DNA of 64,000 bases from a virus: the IMG/VR virus record IMGVR_UViG_3300025949_000016; one strand, given 5' to 3'. The position numbers were made by a program, and so were the translations under genes. Below, in pieces: positions 47,141-60,400 of the stretch. A model generated the notes under the pieces. The model saw only the letters and a program-made list of their open reading frames with translations, did not search any database and was not told the origin of the DNA. Numbering within the stretch: position 1 is the first letter of the stretch; each line of letters opens with the position of its first letter.

Positions 47141-50100
47141 ATTTTATTCTTGACATGGCATCTAAGTTCTTGACTGCTTGATCTGGATACATGTATTGCA
47201 TTAAGCGTTGTGGTAAAGCTACTAGTTTTTCCACGTCTGCCATTACTTTAAATTCTCCGGGTTCATGCCATCCTACTTTCTTAGAATAAATAACATCACT
47301 TTTATCTACTCCTGGAAGTCCTAATTCATAATAAAGGCTTTGAGATCCGTGGTTAACTAGATTAACCAAGTTTTTTATCTTACCAAGTATAGGAAAAGGA
47401 TTTTGAATCTTTCTAAGTAAATCATCAAATCCTACACCCGGTATAGGTTGAAAAGCTTCATTTTGTTGTTGAATACCTTTTAGTGCGTAAATAAGATTAT
47501 TAGCTAGTAAAGAGTTATCCTTCAACTTCTTATTATCATCTCCCCCTAAAGCTCTTAACATTAAGAAGAATACTATTGTAAACCCAAATTCAGTACTTGC
47601 TTTTATAACGGCTGCTTTTTCTTCTTTTGTATAATATTTCCATCCGCTTACTATAGGAGGTAAATACCATTCAGATTTAATATCTCTTAATAATAATTTA
47701 CCCAATAATCTCCAATAACCTTCATCTCTTATACCATCTTGAATATCAAGCCTTCTAGCTCCATATCTTTTAACAGTAAAAGGTATAACATATCTATTCA
47801 TGAATAAAGCGAGTTTAGTTAAGATAAACTTATCAGCTAATATTCTATCTCCATACTCACCATTGATTCTACGAGAAGAGCTGTTTAATCGAGAGATCAT
47901 TTCTTTTCTATCTTCTTCTGTTACTACAACTTCAGGTTTTAATTCAAGTTTTCTATTCTTTAAAGTAAAGGCATCAAATATAGGTATATAAGTTTCTTTA
48001 CCATCTATCATAGCTTTGACTCTATAATTTAAAGAAATAGCTATACCCATATGATAATTAAGCATATGTTCAGTAATCGTATTAGGTACAGATAAACTAG
48101 AAACTAATTCTCTTACTTTTCCTGCGGCTAGAGTTTTATTGTTCTTACTGTATAACTTAAAATTAATCCCACCAAAATAATCAAAGAACTGGTTAATATA
48201 AGATTTATTACCATATTTACCCATGTCACTCATTAATTCATGTATATTAGCATAATAAATTTTTTGAGCTTGAAAGAAATTCTTCATAGTAAAACTACCT
48301 GACTTTTTACTTTCTGTCTCCATAATTGACTGAGTAAAGGCATTTACATAGTTTTGGATAGAGGAGTTTAAATTAAATCCAAGCATTAATTTAGCTCCGG
48401 CTCCTAATATGTTATTAATAGCCTTAACGCCTGGAATATCTTTCATAGATTCTCCATAAATCTCAGATTTAATCATTTCATTAATCTGTAAAGCAGTATT
48501 ACTCATGGAAGAACGAATAGCAAGACCTGTACCTTTAGGTACGTACTTTCTTCTCATTGTTTGTACAACACCATTCTTAGTCTTTACGGGTTTATAGTCA
48601 GGATTATTAACCACGTCTTTAACCGCATTAACTAGTGGTAAGGATTTAACTAATTGATCTCGCTTTAAAGATTCTTCAGCAAATGCTAAAATGGATCGAG
48701 CAAGGTCTATACTTTGATCCTCTGCACTAATGACTCCTAAAAACTTCATTGGAACAAGTCCTGTAAAATCATCATTATAACCATAAAGAACATCTTTATC
48801 CTGTTCATTCTTAGTTACCTTATCGTTCCAAGCTCTTAAAAATTGACCTAACCTACTAAAAGATTCTGGAACACCTTTTGTTATACTATTACTAAATAAT
48901 CTTTCTAACTCAGTTTTTCTAATAGAAGGTAATTCATAGCCTTTTCTTCTTGGAGTAGGGATTGATTCTTGAGCTTTTAAATAAATATTAGTTAAAAAGC
49001 TAAGATAATTTAATGTTGCTTTGTCTTTAGGATCACTAGAACTCACTAGTCTTTTATAATCTTGATTAACAAAACGATCATCTTTAGCTCCAAATAATTT
49101 AGGTTGTACATCTCCACTAATGGATTCTTTGTAATTCTTGTTTACGTATTCATCTTTAATAGTTCTTTTTTTATACTTAATAGAAGGTTGACCTTCATTA
49201 ATATATTTATTATCACGAGGTCTAGTCTGTTGCCAAATATAAATAGGTCTTTCTTCTTCTACCCATTCTCCTGAAAAACTACCAGGTTGAGCGGGGTTAT
49301 ATGTCTCATCAACTTTAAAGTTCTGAACAGTAATATGATTTTCTTTCCACCAATCAGATGACTTTAAAGCAATCTCAGCCTTACTAGTTCTATATAAGTT
49401 TTCTATAAATGACTTATCTTTACCGTCTACTTTACCTCCTTTTATTTCTATCCAATCGTTTCCATTCTTTTGATAGGTGGCTCCACTTAAGAAGAATTTT
49501 TCAGGCATCTGAGTAATATCAACCGCCCACTTTAATTGCTCTGTTCTTTCAGCTATTTCATCATGATAATATTTAGTGTCTTTTCTTTCATCTAGTTTAC
49601 CTAATTCTTTAAGTAACTTAATATATTCTTTCATTAATTCTCCACTAACATTCTTTTTATTAGATTCTATAATAGCTATTTCATCATTAATCTTTTGGAG
49701 ATCACCATCCAATTCTTCTGTGTCTCCCCATGTAAAGTTAATTTTCTCAATTATCTCAGAACGTTGGTTATAAAGATTACTAAGTCTTATTTTCTCATTT
49801 TTAGTTAATCCATTGGCCGATTCGATATTACTTTTAATTTCTTCAATTTCTTCTTCTATTCGTTTAACATCTCGCACTTCATCTTCACTAATATCTCTAC
49901 CATTTATTATACCATTATTATCTCTATAAGGTTTAGCAATTTCTTCCATTCCATCATAGAGTTTCTTCAAGTCTTCATTCTTATTATTAGTAAGACCCAT
50001 TGCTGTTTGAAGATTATGAAGACTATTTAATATTCTTTTCTTTTCTTCCCAGTAATCTTTTGTAAGTTCTGTAACAGTATTATCTTCGAACCATCTTTCA

Positions 50101-53100
50101 AGGCGTATATCACTAATTTCACCAGATTTATGTTTACGAAGAATTCTAGCTTTTTCTGCTTCAAACTTGATAGCTCCTTTTTCTGTTAACTGATATGTAC
50201 TATATTTACTTAAAAGTTCCCTTCTTTTCTTTAGATGTTCGGCTACTTTGTACTCATTACTATCAGGAGACTTTTCATACAGTGCAGACAGTCTTGCTAA
50301 TTGAAAATTAAGATCATCCAACTGATCATAAAGAGTACCTAATCTTTCATCGTCTTCTTCTTGATCTATAGCAGTCTCGACATCTTCAATATTACCAATA
50401 AGAGGTCCCATATAATCCCATATAGAAAATCCTCCTAGATCGTCATATAACATATCTAGAGCATCATGAACTTCAGGAGTATATCTCTGCTCCATATAAT
50501 CTTTAATAAACTGACGACGTCCTTCCTTTAGCTTATTAATCTTATCTATAATCTCTGCCAATTTGACAGGATCTAAATTAGGATCGTTTTCAATAACTCT
50601 TTTTTCTTCAAATAAATCTGATAAACCTTTTTTGAACTTTTGTAATTCAACTATATGATCGTTATTATAAGCATGCAATAAACTCAATACATTCTTATAT
50701 GTATAATTACCATTTTCATCTTTACCTTTTTCATAGTCTATCTCCTTATGTACTTGAATTAGCGGCGAGTTAAACTCCGTAATTTTACTAGTACTTCTTC
50801 CAGTTTCTTTTCCATACCTGTCAATTTGAGACTGGAAGTTGTTTTGCATATCAAGTAACTTAGGGGCAATCTCTCCTATATTATCTCGTATGTATTTTTG
50901 AAGTCCGGATACAATAGGATTAGGATTAGAAATTGCAGCAAGCATCCATGTAGAATAAGTATTAGAATCTCCCATCTCTCCTCTTAACCAGTTTTCTACT
51001 TGATCTGAGTTTAACGTAAATTGTTTAGTGATTGCGTCCTGTTCTTTTTTAATTCTTTTTTCAATCTCTTTAATTCTCCTTTTGTTATTAAATTTAGTGG
51101 CGAGCGCCAAACTTTCGTTTAATTTAGTTAAATTTTCGTTAGCAATATCAATAGCTTTCTTAGATGCTGGAGATACTATATCTACGAGTTTGGAAGTAAT
51201 CAAAGGAAAGATACCCATACTATAAACACCTTCTATCTCTTCTCTCTTAAGAATCATGTTGTTAATTTCACTCACGGGTTCTTTTATACCAGCTTGTTCC
51301 ATCTTAATCTTAACCGCCTGAATGTCTTTAATAATAGGGTCAAAGTTTCTTATGGAAGAGACAATATTTTCATACTCTTTTAGTTTATAATCCGGGTCCG
51401 CAATAGAAGTATCTTCATATAATCGTTTAATCTTATTAGACGCCATATTCATTAAGGCTGAAATCTCTGATGTAAAATCAAAGAAAAAGTCAACTTGATC
51501 TAAGTTATACTCGGGGTTTTCTAGTTTGTTAAGTTGTCTAAAGATAGTCTGAAATCCTTCTTGAGATTCTGGAAATCTTGAACGTATAGTTGATCCAAAG
51601 GACTTTATAGAGAGTAAGGATTTTTCAATAGTCTTTTTTACCTGGTCAGTTAATTCTTGTGTGAATCTACCTTTAGCTTTTTGACGTTCAGATTCATAAT
51701 CACCCTCGGCCGTTACTGCAAAGCTTAATCCATAATTTCTATTATCCTCATCTTTAAGGTTATTATAAAGCTCTATACGGTCCATATTCTTTAAATAGTC
51801 TGATAATGCATCAAACATATTTTCTTCGAATTTAGCCGGGTTTATTTTATCTATAATACTATTATTAGCATTAATACCAAAGAGCTTAAGAAATCCTCTT
51901 AATAGATCTTTCATAAACCTTATAAAAGGATTTTCTTCTGATTCATTTTCTGAGATAGACTTTAGGTGGTTTTTAAAACTATGATCCATTAAAGCCCCCA
52001 TTAGAAACTCTTCTGAATTAGAAAACGGATGAGAATCTCTAGCTGCACCTTTTAGAGACTTAAAGTAATTATAATAACCATCTACGACTTTTTTAAAGGT
52101 TTGTTCTTCTGATGTTAAAGGGATTTGATTTCTTTGTTTAAACCAAGGTTGAAAGGTGAGTCCATGTAGTAATTCATGAAGCGCCGTCATTGCTTCAAAT
52201 TCTATAGTATTTATGCCCATAGTATTTTTAGCAAATGTGATATTATTAAGACCTCTATTAAAATAAGCCTTAGCATCAGGTTGATCCATTTGATCTAACA
52301 CTCTAATAGAAAGAGAGGAGTTTTTATATAAATACTTGTAAATCAATCTACCCATATTTAATAAATCAGCACGCTCCATTACTAACGCTAATCTGGATGC
52401 ATTGTTTACTATCTCAGTAGTGGTAGGGTTATTTTTATGAGTATAAAGGTTCTGTAAAAAGAACTCTTTATATTTATTTTGATCTCCTTCAAAGAAAAGT
52501 CTATTAATTATATCTTGACGAGTACCTTCTAAAGATATAGTAGGATTGTTATTACTAGTACTAGTGAGTACTGGTTCTTTGTCTTCATTAGCTAACTGAG
52601 ATTGATTTGCTGCAAACTCTTTTTCTTGTTTATCTATAACGTTATAATTGGCAGGATCTAGTCTATAATTAGAGTCTTGCTTTTGAAGATAAATAGTTTT
52701 ATTTGCTAGTTCATTATTTAATTTAACCTTATACCATTCATTACCATATTCATCTTTAATCCTTGTAGGATTATATCCTTGCTTTTGTAGAATATTATGA
52801 ATAGTATTTTCATAGAAACTATTAATTGCTGCGAATTTATTTCTACCTTCAATAGCATCCTTTATTTCTTTCCTATATTGTTCTATTTCTCTTTTATATT
52901 GTGCTTGTGCATTATCATGATCTTTTCTTGCCTCTTTTATATCTCTCTCATAAGTTTCTTTTGAAATTTCAAACTCTTCATTGCCATAAAAAGAGTAATA
53001 TTTTTCTCCTCTTTTTTCAATACCTGTACCTTTTACAAAATATTGACCTGTTCTAACACTTTTCTCCCATTCTGCATCTCCACCTTGTAATAATTCTTCT

Positions 53101-54464
53101 ACTCTTTCTATATTTTCTTTCTTTTGCTTTATAAATTGCTCCAGAGTTTCTTGTCCTTCTATTTTATTAGCAGTATTTCCACTTGGAAACAATACTTCTT
53201 CGTATCCTTTCCTTGTACTATCCTGTATAATAGACTTTACAAAGAAGGTTACCCAGTTATTTTCCTTATTAAGAAGCTGTAGAAAATTGTTGGCTCTATT
53301 CTGTTCAGAGACTAATCTGTCATCTATTCTCCTACCCGCATCCTCGAATATTTCATTATATATGTCCTCATTGCTTTGTTCTCCCTTACCAACCAACATA
53401 GGGTTGTCCCTACCCTTCTGAAATAGATCAGACTGTACTTCTAGTATTCTTCTTGTTTTCTTCTCGGGGTATAAAAAATCCTCTGCTTCTTTCTTACTGC
53501 TAAATACTCTTACATCTACTCCTTGCTCAGAATCATAAATGGAGAATTCTCCGTTTCCAATATCTTGCATTCTTAGATTTTTGAATCCATTGGCTATACC
53601 TCTCTCAGCAATTTTGTCATCGGATCGAAACCATCCAATTCCTTGAGCCGTGGCAAATTGTGCATGACCTTTTATAGACGGAGTAATATTGGGAGTTCTT
53701 ATCTCATTCTCTCTATAGTTGGTACCTCCAGGAACTGTTAGACCGGAGTAGTACTGAGCATAGTTGTCCATATTAGTCTCAGTAGTATCTCCACTACTAG
53801 CTCTTAATGCAACTAGAGTCCTATTATAATCCTCTCTTGATTTATCTTTAGCTTCATCAATCTCCACAGTATAACTCAAATCAGCAAGGAGCCCTGTGAT
53901 CATGTCATCCAAACTTTTGGGATGGTTTTTATCTACCCATTGTTTTAGATAGTCTATTTGTTGTTTGGGAGAAAATGCACTCAATTCTTTATAAAACTTA
54001 TCTCTATCTGAGTTAAAGAATCTTTTATAGAAATTTGCTATTTTATCATTTCTTAAAGCATTTACTATTTTTAATGTGTAGTTTATAGGAAGGTTATAAT
54101 CAGACTGTTCTAAAGCTTGTTTATATATATCACTATCTTTAGTAGGATATAATTCTATTGCAATTTTAGAGAGATTAGGTCCTAATACTCTTCTAGCACC
54201 TTCTGCTTCAGATGGAGAAGAATGTAACTGCTCAGACATTTCTTTTAAAAATTGAGCAGGGTTCATATCAAAAGCTTTCTCATACATAGGAAATGAAAGC
54301 TCATTTCTATGTTCTTTAGCTGCTTCTAAAAGCTCATCTACACTTAATTCAACACTTGCTAAACTTCCATTATGTTGATGCCAATACTTATAAGCCTCTA
54401 GCTCACCTCTAGTTTTTACTAAATATTTCCAACGATAATCATTAAAATTTGGACATTGGTTCAT
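47139..54464 (-). CDS. Giant virion cargo/ejection protein (2441 aa) with zincin-like HExxH domain
   Basis: Adjacent to the vRNAP gene; GGTNYRE..EVQSD domain; ALHELLH; long helical C-terminal region. Confidence 0.7.
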   Translation of the reverse strand: MNQCPNFNDYRWKYLVKTRGELEAYKYWHQHNGSLASVELSVDELLEAAKEHRNELSFPMYEKAFDMNPAQFLKEMSEQLHSSPSEAEGARRVLGPNLSKIAIELYPTKDSDIYKQALEQSDYNLPINYTLKIVNALRNDKIANFYKRFFNSDRDKFYKELSAFSPKQQIDYLKQWVDKNHPKSLDDMITGLLADLSYTVEIDEAKDKSREDYNRTLVALRASSGDTTETNMDNYAQYYSGLTVPGGTNYRENEIRTPNITPSIKGHAQFATAQGIGWFRSDDKIAERGIANGFKNLRMQDIGNGEFSIYDSEQGVDVRVFSSKKEAEDFLYPEKKTRRILEVQSDLFQKGRDNPMLVGKGEQSNEDIYNEIFEDAGRRIDDRLVSEQNRANNFLQLLNKENNWVTFFVKSIIQDSTRKGYEEVLFPSGNTANKIEGQETLEQFIKQKKENIERVEELLQGGDAEWEKSVRTGQYFVKGTGIEKRGEKYYSFYGNEEFEISKETYERDIKEARKDHDNAQAQYKREIEQYRKEIKDAIEGRNKFAAINSFYENTIHNILQKQGYNPTRIKDEYGNEWYKVKLNNELANKTIYLQKQDSNYRLDPANYNVIDKQEKEFAANQSQLANEDKEPVLTSTSNNNPTISLEGTRQDIINRLFFEGDQNKYKEFFLQNLYTHKNNPTTTEIVNNASRLALVMERADLLNMGRLIYKYLYKNSSLSIRVLDQMDQPDAKAYFNRGLNNITFAKNTMGINTIEFEAMTALHELLHGLTFQPWFKQRNQIPLTSEEQTFKKVVDGYYNYFKSLKGAARDSHPFSNSEEFLMGALMDHSFKNHLKSISENESEENPFIRFMKDLLRGFLKLFGINANNSIIDKINPAKFEENMFDALSDYLKNMDRIELYNNLKDEDNRNYGLSFAVTAEGDYESERQKAKGRFTQELTDQVKKTIEKSLLSIKSFGSTIRSRFPESQEGFQTIFRQLNKLENPEYNLDQVDFFFDFTSEISALMNMASNKIKRLYEDTSIADPDYKLKEYENIVSSIRNFDPIIKDIQAVKIKMEQAGIKEPVSEINNMILKREEIEGVYSMGIFPLITSKLVDIVSPASKKAIDIANENLTKLNESLALATKFNNKRRIKEIEKRIKKEQDAITKQFTLNSDQVENWLRGEMGDSNTYSTWMLAAISNPNPIVSGLQKYIRDNIGEIAPKLLDMQNNFQSQIDRYGKETGRSTSKITEFNSPLIQVHKEIDYEKGKDENGNYTYKNVLSLLHAYNNDHIVELQKFKKGLSDLFEEKRVIENDPNLDPVKLAEIIDKINKLKEGRRQFIKDYMEQRYTPEVHDALDMLYDDLGGFSIWDYMGPLIGNIEDVETAIDQEEDDERLGTLYDQLDDLNFQLARLSALYEKSPDSNEYKVAEHLKKRRELLSKYSTYQLTEKGAIKFEAEKARILRKHKSGEISDIRLERWFEDNTVTELTKDYWEEKKRILNSLHNLQTAMGLTNNKNEDLKKLYDGMEEIAKPYRDNNGIINGRDISEDEVRDVKRIEEEIEEIKSNIESANGLTKNEKIRLSNLYNQRSEIIEKINFTWGDTEELDGDLQKINDEIAIIESNKKNVSGELMKEYIKLLKELGKLDERKDTKYYHDEIAERTEQLKWAVDITQMPEKFFLSGATYQKNGNDWIEIKGGKVDGKDKSFIENLYRTSKAEIALKSSDWWKENHITVQNFKVDETYNPAQPGSFSGEWVEEERPIYIWQQTRPRDNKYINEGQPSIKYKKRTIKDEYVNKNYKESISGDVQPKLFGAKDDRFVNQDYKRLVSSSDPKDKATLNYLSFLTNIYLKAQESIPTPRRKGYELPSIRKTELERLFSNSITKGVPESFSRLGQFLRAWNDKVTKNEQDKDVLYGYNDDFTGLVPMKFLGVISAEDQSIDLARSILAFAEESLKRDQLVKSLPLVNAVKDVVNNPDYKPVKTKNGVVQTMRRKYVPKGTGLAIRSSMSNTALQINEMIKSEIYGESMKDIPGVKAINNILGAGAKLMLGFNLNSSIQNYVNAFTQSIMETESKKSGSFTMKNFFQAQKIYYANIHELMSDMGKYGNKSYINQFFDYFGGINFKLYSKNNKTLAAGKVRELVSSLSVPNTITEHMLNYHMGIAISLNYRVKAMIDGKETYIPIFDAFTLKNRKLELKPEVVVTEEDRKEMISRLNSSSRRINGEYGDRILADKFILTKLALFMNRYVIPFTVKRYGARRLDIQDGIRDEGYWRLLGKLLLRDIKSEWYLPPIVSGWKYYTKEEKAAVIKASTEFGFTIVFFLMLRALGGDDNKKLKDNSLLANNLIYALKGIQQQNEAFQPIPGVGFDDLLRKIQNPFPILGKIKNLVNLVNHGSQSLYYELGLPGVDKSDVIYSKKVGWHEPGEFKVMADVEKLVALPQRLMQYMYPDQAVKNLDAMSRIK

Positions 54465-57400
54465 TACTTACAATTTTTTAACATTTGTTCATATTCTTCG
54501 TCTGTAAAGAGTTTTAATTGATTTGGATTAAATTCATCTATATTTTTATACCTTAATAATCCATATTCTGAAAGAACTCTTTCAACTTCTTCTAAGTTTT
54601 CTTCAGGTACTTCATCATTTTGATAAGCTTCTAATGCTTTAGTAATAGTTGGATATATTAAATCAAACTTATCATTAGTTATACTCTTTAAGTCTTTTAT
54701 TAAATCTTCCAGAGTTTCATATTCACTTAATAAACTATCTCCAAACTTTTGATATAATTTCCAGAAGTTTTCAAAGTTTTCTGGAGTTAGTCTTGTTGTT
54801 ACACTTTCTTCATGTAAATTATCAGGTTTAGTATCTAATGGAGCATCATAGAATTCTGGTTCATAATTAGATAATTGATCCATCATTAATTTAAACTCCG
54901 CTTTACCTAAAGCTTGTTTAAATTCTGATTCATTTTCTCCTACTTCTTCTCCTGGCCAATATTGCCTTTCTGTCTTAATAGGAGTTTCAAGTAACTGTTT
55001 CTGTTCTATCTGGGGGTTACTGGGAGCTACTGGACTTATATCATAAACTGCTAATTTTCCTTTACCATTAAACCAATCTTTAGTTTGTTGAAATTTAAAG
55101 TCATTTACAGAGTTAACACCTTCTGATTGTAAGATTGCTTTTTGCCCACCTGCTTCTGTAATATTAAGCATCCCACGATAATGAACATTAAAAGGAGTAT
55201 CTCCTAGTTTCATTATACCAGTCTCTCCTGGGTTTAATCCAATAGATCTAGCGGCAGCTTCATTTCTAGTCGTTGTAGTTTTCTTACCTTCCAATATCTT
55301 TTTAATATTATCAAGCTGAAAAGGTATAGAGACTTGTTTTGTTTCTTTGGTTTCTTTTCTTACTACATTTTCATAAGGAGCTGGCTCCGATTTAGTTTGA
55401 ATTTGATGCTTGATAATATTAATCTTTCCAGTCTTCTTGGCTATTTCTTCTGAAATTTTAGGAGATAAGTAATAATCACGACCTCTCCAAGATTGGATAT
55501 TAGTAGATCCATTTAAGTTATTGAATTGGGCTATAAATTCTTTAGAATAATCTTTCATTAATTCAGGATCATTACCTACGTATTTCATCAGGTTCTTAAT
55601 AGCAGTTTTAAATATGTCTGCTAAAACCTCATAAGGTACGAGTTCTTGATAGCTTATATTACTTTTAGAAAATCCAGACTGAACAAATCCTAGAATAGCC
55701 ATGTCAGTGAAGAACTTACGTATTTCGTCAGCCTCCATTGGAGTATATTTTCTAGAATTGTCTAAATTAATCAACTCTCTAAACTCAGCAATATATCTAT
55801 TTTGATCGTCTGTAGTATTTTCAAACAACCTATAAATTTCAATATTAGATTTTTTAACTTGCGCTTTATTAGAAAAATTAGGTCTAATTCTATTTACTAG
55901 TGAGTAATCAGTCTTAAGTCCAGGATATTTACTTATTAATTCATTAAATCTTCTAGCAACATTATTCTTTCCTTCTGTTAAATATTTACCATAACGTTGC
56001 AAAGCAGTATCTCCAATTTTTGCCATGCTTTTTACTGCATACTCAATCCATTGATTTTCGATATTTCCTATTGTCTTACGTTGGATAGTTCTATTCTTAA
56101 ATTGAACTTGACCATTGATAAATGGAATTATTTGTTGAGTAAATCTAGGATTAAATGCTACAGGCATAAGTTGAGCACCAATAGTGGCTATTAATTTTCT
56201 ATTTTCAAAAGGGGCTATTACACTCTTATCAAGCATTTTACCAAACTCTTCTATATTGAACATCCTATTTCTTCCTAGATTACTAATAGCGTCAAATGCT
56301 TGCCATACAGATATTGGACTACTTATTTTAGTTGTATCAAAGTTAAGTAAAGTTTGAAAATTTCTAAAAAGTTGTGCTTGCTCTTGAAGGGAAATAAAAT
56401 AAGCAAACACTATCGCATTATAACTTTTATTTCTTTGTTCACTTAGAAATTCATCAACCTTACTTTGCTTAACTGTAGTTCTTTTAAGTATATCTTTACT
56501 TAAATAAAATTTATCAATATCTTTACCATTTAGAACCCTATTAACCGCGTTATTAAATTCTTTATAATCTAGTTTTAAATGTCCTTGCTCATTTGTATAA
56601 TAAAAGTTTTGATCCGTTAATTGACCCAAAATTCTTGCTTGAATGTCCGTCTTAGATTCAAAAACTCCTTTCTTACGTAAATCTGAATAATAACGAAGTA
56701 ATGCAGGTTGATTTAAGAATCGCATTGCTCTATCAAATGGTACTCCTTGATTAATAAGATGACATAAAACATTTACATTTTCAAAGGATGCATTTACGTA
56801 TCCGAAGAAGTCATCTGAAGCAGCGTCAACTGTAGCGTTAATTAACTGATTAAGATAGTCTTGCTTAAGTGTGCCATCGACTGAATATTTATCACCTAAA
56901 TTAATTCTACCATTTTTCATTACTTTATCTCTTTCCTTGGGAGATAAAAGCATAAGTCTTACATTTCTAATAACAGGGGAGTTGGTTAATTGGTAATGAT
57001 TATTCATTGTAACTCCTGCTTGCTGCATAAGTGTAGTAAAGGTATTATTAACCGCAAATATAGCAAGAAGTTTCTTAGCAGAAAGTAATGTTTCAAATTT
57101 TCTAAGATTACTTTGGTAACGATAAATTTGTGTTCCACTGTAAGGCCGTGGATCATCAATATCTCCTTGTCTACGTTTACCAATATCAACTGCAATTTGA
57201 TTAACTTCTCCTTTAATTAAATCCGTATCATTGGGACGAATTAATTTTTCAAAGGTTTTAGGATCTGATAAGATCTCTGAAAATAAATCTATAATCTTAT
57301 TGGCATAACCTTCTTTACTATTATCAGTAATTAAGTTACCTTGATCATCTAGTGATGGTCTGAATATAGAGAGTTTGTCAATATCAAAGTCAGAACCTGC

Positions 57401-60400
57401 TTTAGCTACGATTTCTGCTGGTACAATAGCCACAGATCCTGCATGAGGAGGTAAAAATTCAGCCACTTCTAAGTTCTCAATAGAGTTATGTCCTTGAGTA
57501 GGTATACGATATCCTATTAAAGAAATTTTTTTAGCATTATTATTTCTCCATTTATCATTTTTTAATGCTTCATTAAGTCTTTCTAATGTTCCAATATTTT
57601 CACCGTCTGGATGCTGTTTAAACAAGAGTTTTTCAAATCCACCAATTAATGCCACTTTAACTTGAGCTTTACTAGTTCTAAGTGGCTTTCCATTCTCGTC
57701 ATATTCCATATGGTAAAATTTAAGACCATTTGTACCATACTTTTTAATTTCATCCTCAGTAGCATTACGATACTTAAAGTCATTGGATTGAAATCCAGAA
57801 CTAGATATTTGGATAAGTTGGTCACCACTCAACTTTTGAATCCTCAATTTTCTATCAATAACACCCATTATAAGATCTTGTATGGCTCTTCTATTAAGAG
57901 ATGCTTCGAGTGGAAACATCATCTTTTTAGTAGACTCATCATATTGGATATAATCTTTGATATTATCGTTAAGATCTCTTAAATCTGCTTGGGCTTGAAT
58001 AGTAGAAATAAACTTGGGCATGTTTTCTATAAAGAGTTTACCACCCTCTTCTTTTAAGGATAGTTCCTTGTATAGAGCATCTTTACCTAAATTAACTATA
58101 CCACGTATATAGCTTTTATAACGTTCATGTCTTTCTGTATCTTGTTCAGAAGCTTCTCCATTTGAGAAAATATTAGCTTCAATTAACTTACGTACTTGAG
58201 ATCCAAAGATAGACTCCTCTTTAATTTTAGGACTTGTATTAATTTGCTCTTTAAGATAGTCTAAAAAATGGGTGGACAGGTCTGCTTTACTGAGATCTAC
58301 TCCAGAAAATCCATCTTCGTTATAAAGACTATAGGCAGGGGCTTTATATTTCTTAGTACCAGATAGGAATTTAGCATATCCTACTCCATGCTTAATCATT
58401 TCGTTATGAACTTGTTCAAGAGGAGTATTTTGAATAATAGAAGGAATAAGAGGAGCCACAGAGAATTTATCCATCACCATTGCTGCAGTTCCAGTAGCTT
58501 GAATAGGACCGTTATATTGAATCTTAAGTGGTGGAAAATAAGAATAAGTATCTTTATTCTTTTGTAAGAATTCTCTATCTAGTTCTTTTTGTTCGTTGGA
58601 ATAATTAGAATTAAAATCAGCATGTGCTAACCGCCATTTAGCCAGTTCAACTTTATACATTCTTTCTTGATCATCACTCCAGTTATTAATAGACTTTAAG
58701 AATTGACGATAAAAATCTAATGTAATCCAACCCTGGCCATCACCTATATTTAATTTACCGTATTTATCTAAAAACTTATTAAGGTCGTTTTGACTTAAAG
58801 AAGGATTAACTGCTTTCAGATCTTTCTTATAAATTTCCAAATACTTAGAAGCACGTTCATCATCTGCAAAATTTACAGTGCGAGTTGTCTTATAGTTATT
58901 CTGAACTAAAGATCCCATGAAACCTGCAAATGTATTATTTTCACTTTTCTGCATATGACGAGCAAATAACTCATCTGTTATAGGAGTTTTACCAGTAGAG
59001 ATATCACCCTTGGAACGTTTAAAGTAATCTTTGTAGTCAACCTGATAAATAGTATCTCCATTAAAAAGTTTAGTATACTCAACATTTAAAATAAAGTCAT
59101 TAGCTAAAAAAGCTCTTATTTTCTGATCAAACGCTTTACCAGTTATGTTTGTACCTAAATCAGCATGTGTTATGTTTTCTTCTAAAAGAAGTTTTTTAAA
59201 CTTAGCAAGTTGATCAGTAAAATAAAATTCAATTGCTTTCTCTATATCATTTCTATTCCTTTGAATAACTTCTTTAGGAGAGAATTTTTCAAGATCAGAT
59301 TTTAAAGTATTCTTTAGTTTTTCTGTATCTTTAATATCTAATCTAAGTATATCTCTAAATAAATTAAATCCTTTAGCTTCTTTTAATAGTTGAGGATTTT
59401 TCTTATAAATATCTACATCGTCCGCAGTCTTCATCCTATTAAGCTCATCTGTAAGATAATTATCTATCATTATATGTCCAAATGTAGGGCTACCAAAACT
59501 TGCGGTAAATTCACTTATACCTACTGGCAAATAAGCTTTAGATGGATCTAACTTATCTTTTCCTTTGTATTTTTCAAGTTTAATAAAATAAGCACTCTTA
59601 GAACTCTCCGTTCTCATTACTTCAACTGCACCTCTTGATAGTAAAGAATTAAGATCAAATATAGCTTTCTGACGTACGTTTAAATTAGTAGTAGAGTAGC
59701 CAACTGTGTTTCCATTCTTATCTTCTCCTTTTAAACCGTTATAGTTACCTACTATAATATTATTATCACGTTTTTCTCCAGTTTTTGGATCAAATAAATA
59801 TTCTAAAAATATAGATCCTTTTACATAAGGGTTATTAGTGAAATCTAAATATTGTGTAGTAGGATCATTAATTATATCTCTATAGGATCTAGCTCGATTA
59901 ATTTTATTGCTTACAATAGATAAAGTATGATTCAAGCTAAGACCATAAATCATTTCTCCTTCAGAAGTCTGATAAGAGAGTGAAGGAGCTTCAGTAGAGA
60001 ACTTAGCTTCTAAGAATAGTAAACCATTGAAAGTTCCTTGTAGTCCGGGGGCTAAGAAAACTCCATTACCATACATATCACTTTTTAGATCAAAAATTGG
60101 ATTAAAAATTCTCTGACCATACTGATGTCTTATATTAATATTATCTTGAATGTTCTTTAGATATTGAGATAATTCGTTTCTATAAAATGGCTGTTTTTTA
60201 GTTTGTTCTGAAAAAGAAAATCCTACTAGTTTTAAAAAGGCATCCCTTCCCTGAGGAGTGGCCATATTATAAGTTAAAACTTTATTAGGATTTAAATAAT
60301 ATTTACCAGTTTCAGGATCAGCTAGAATATTCTCGTTAACTACATCAGGGTCCGTGGTTAATCTTCCAACAAAATTATTAGTCCAAAGTCTAGATACCTG

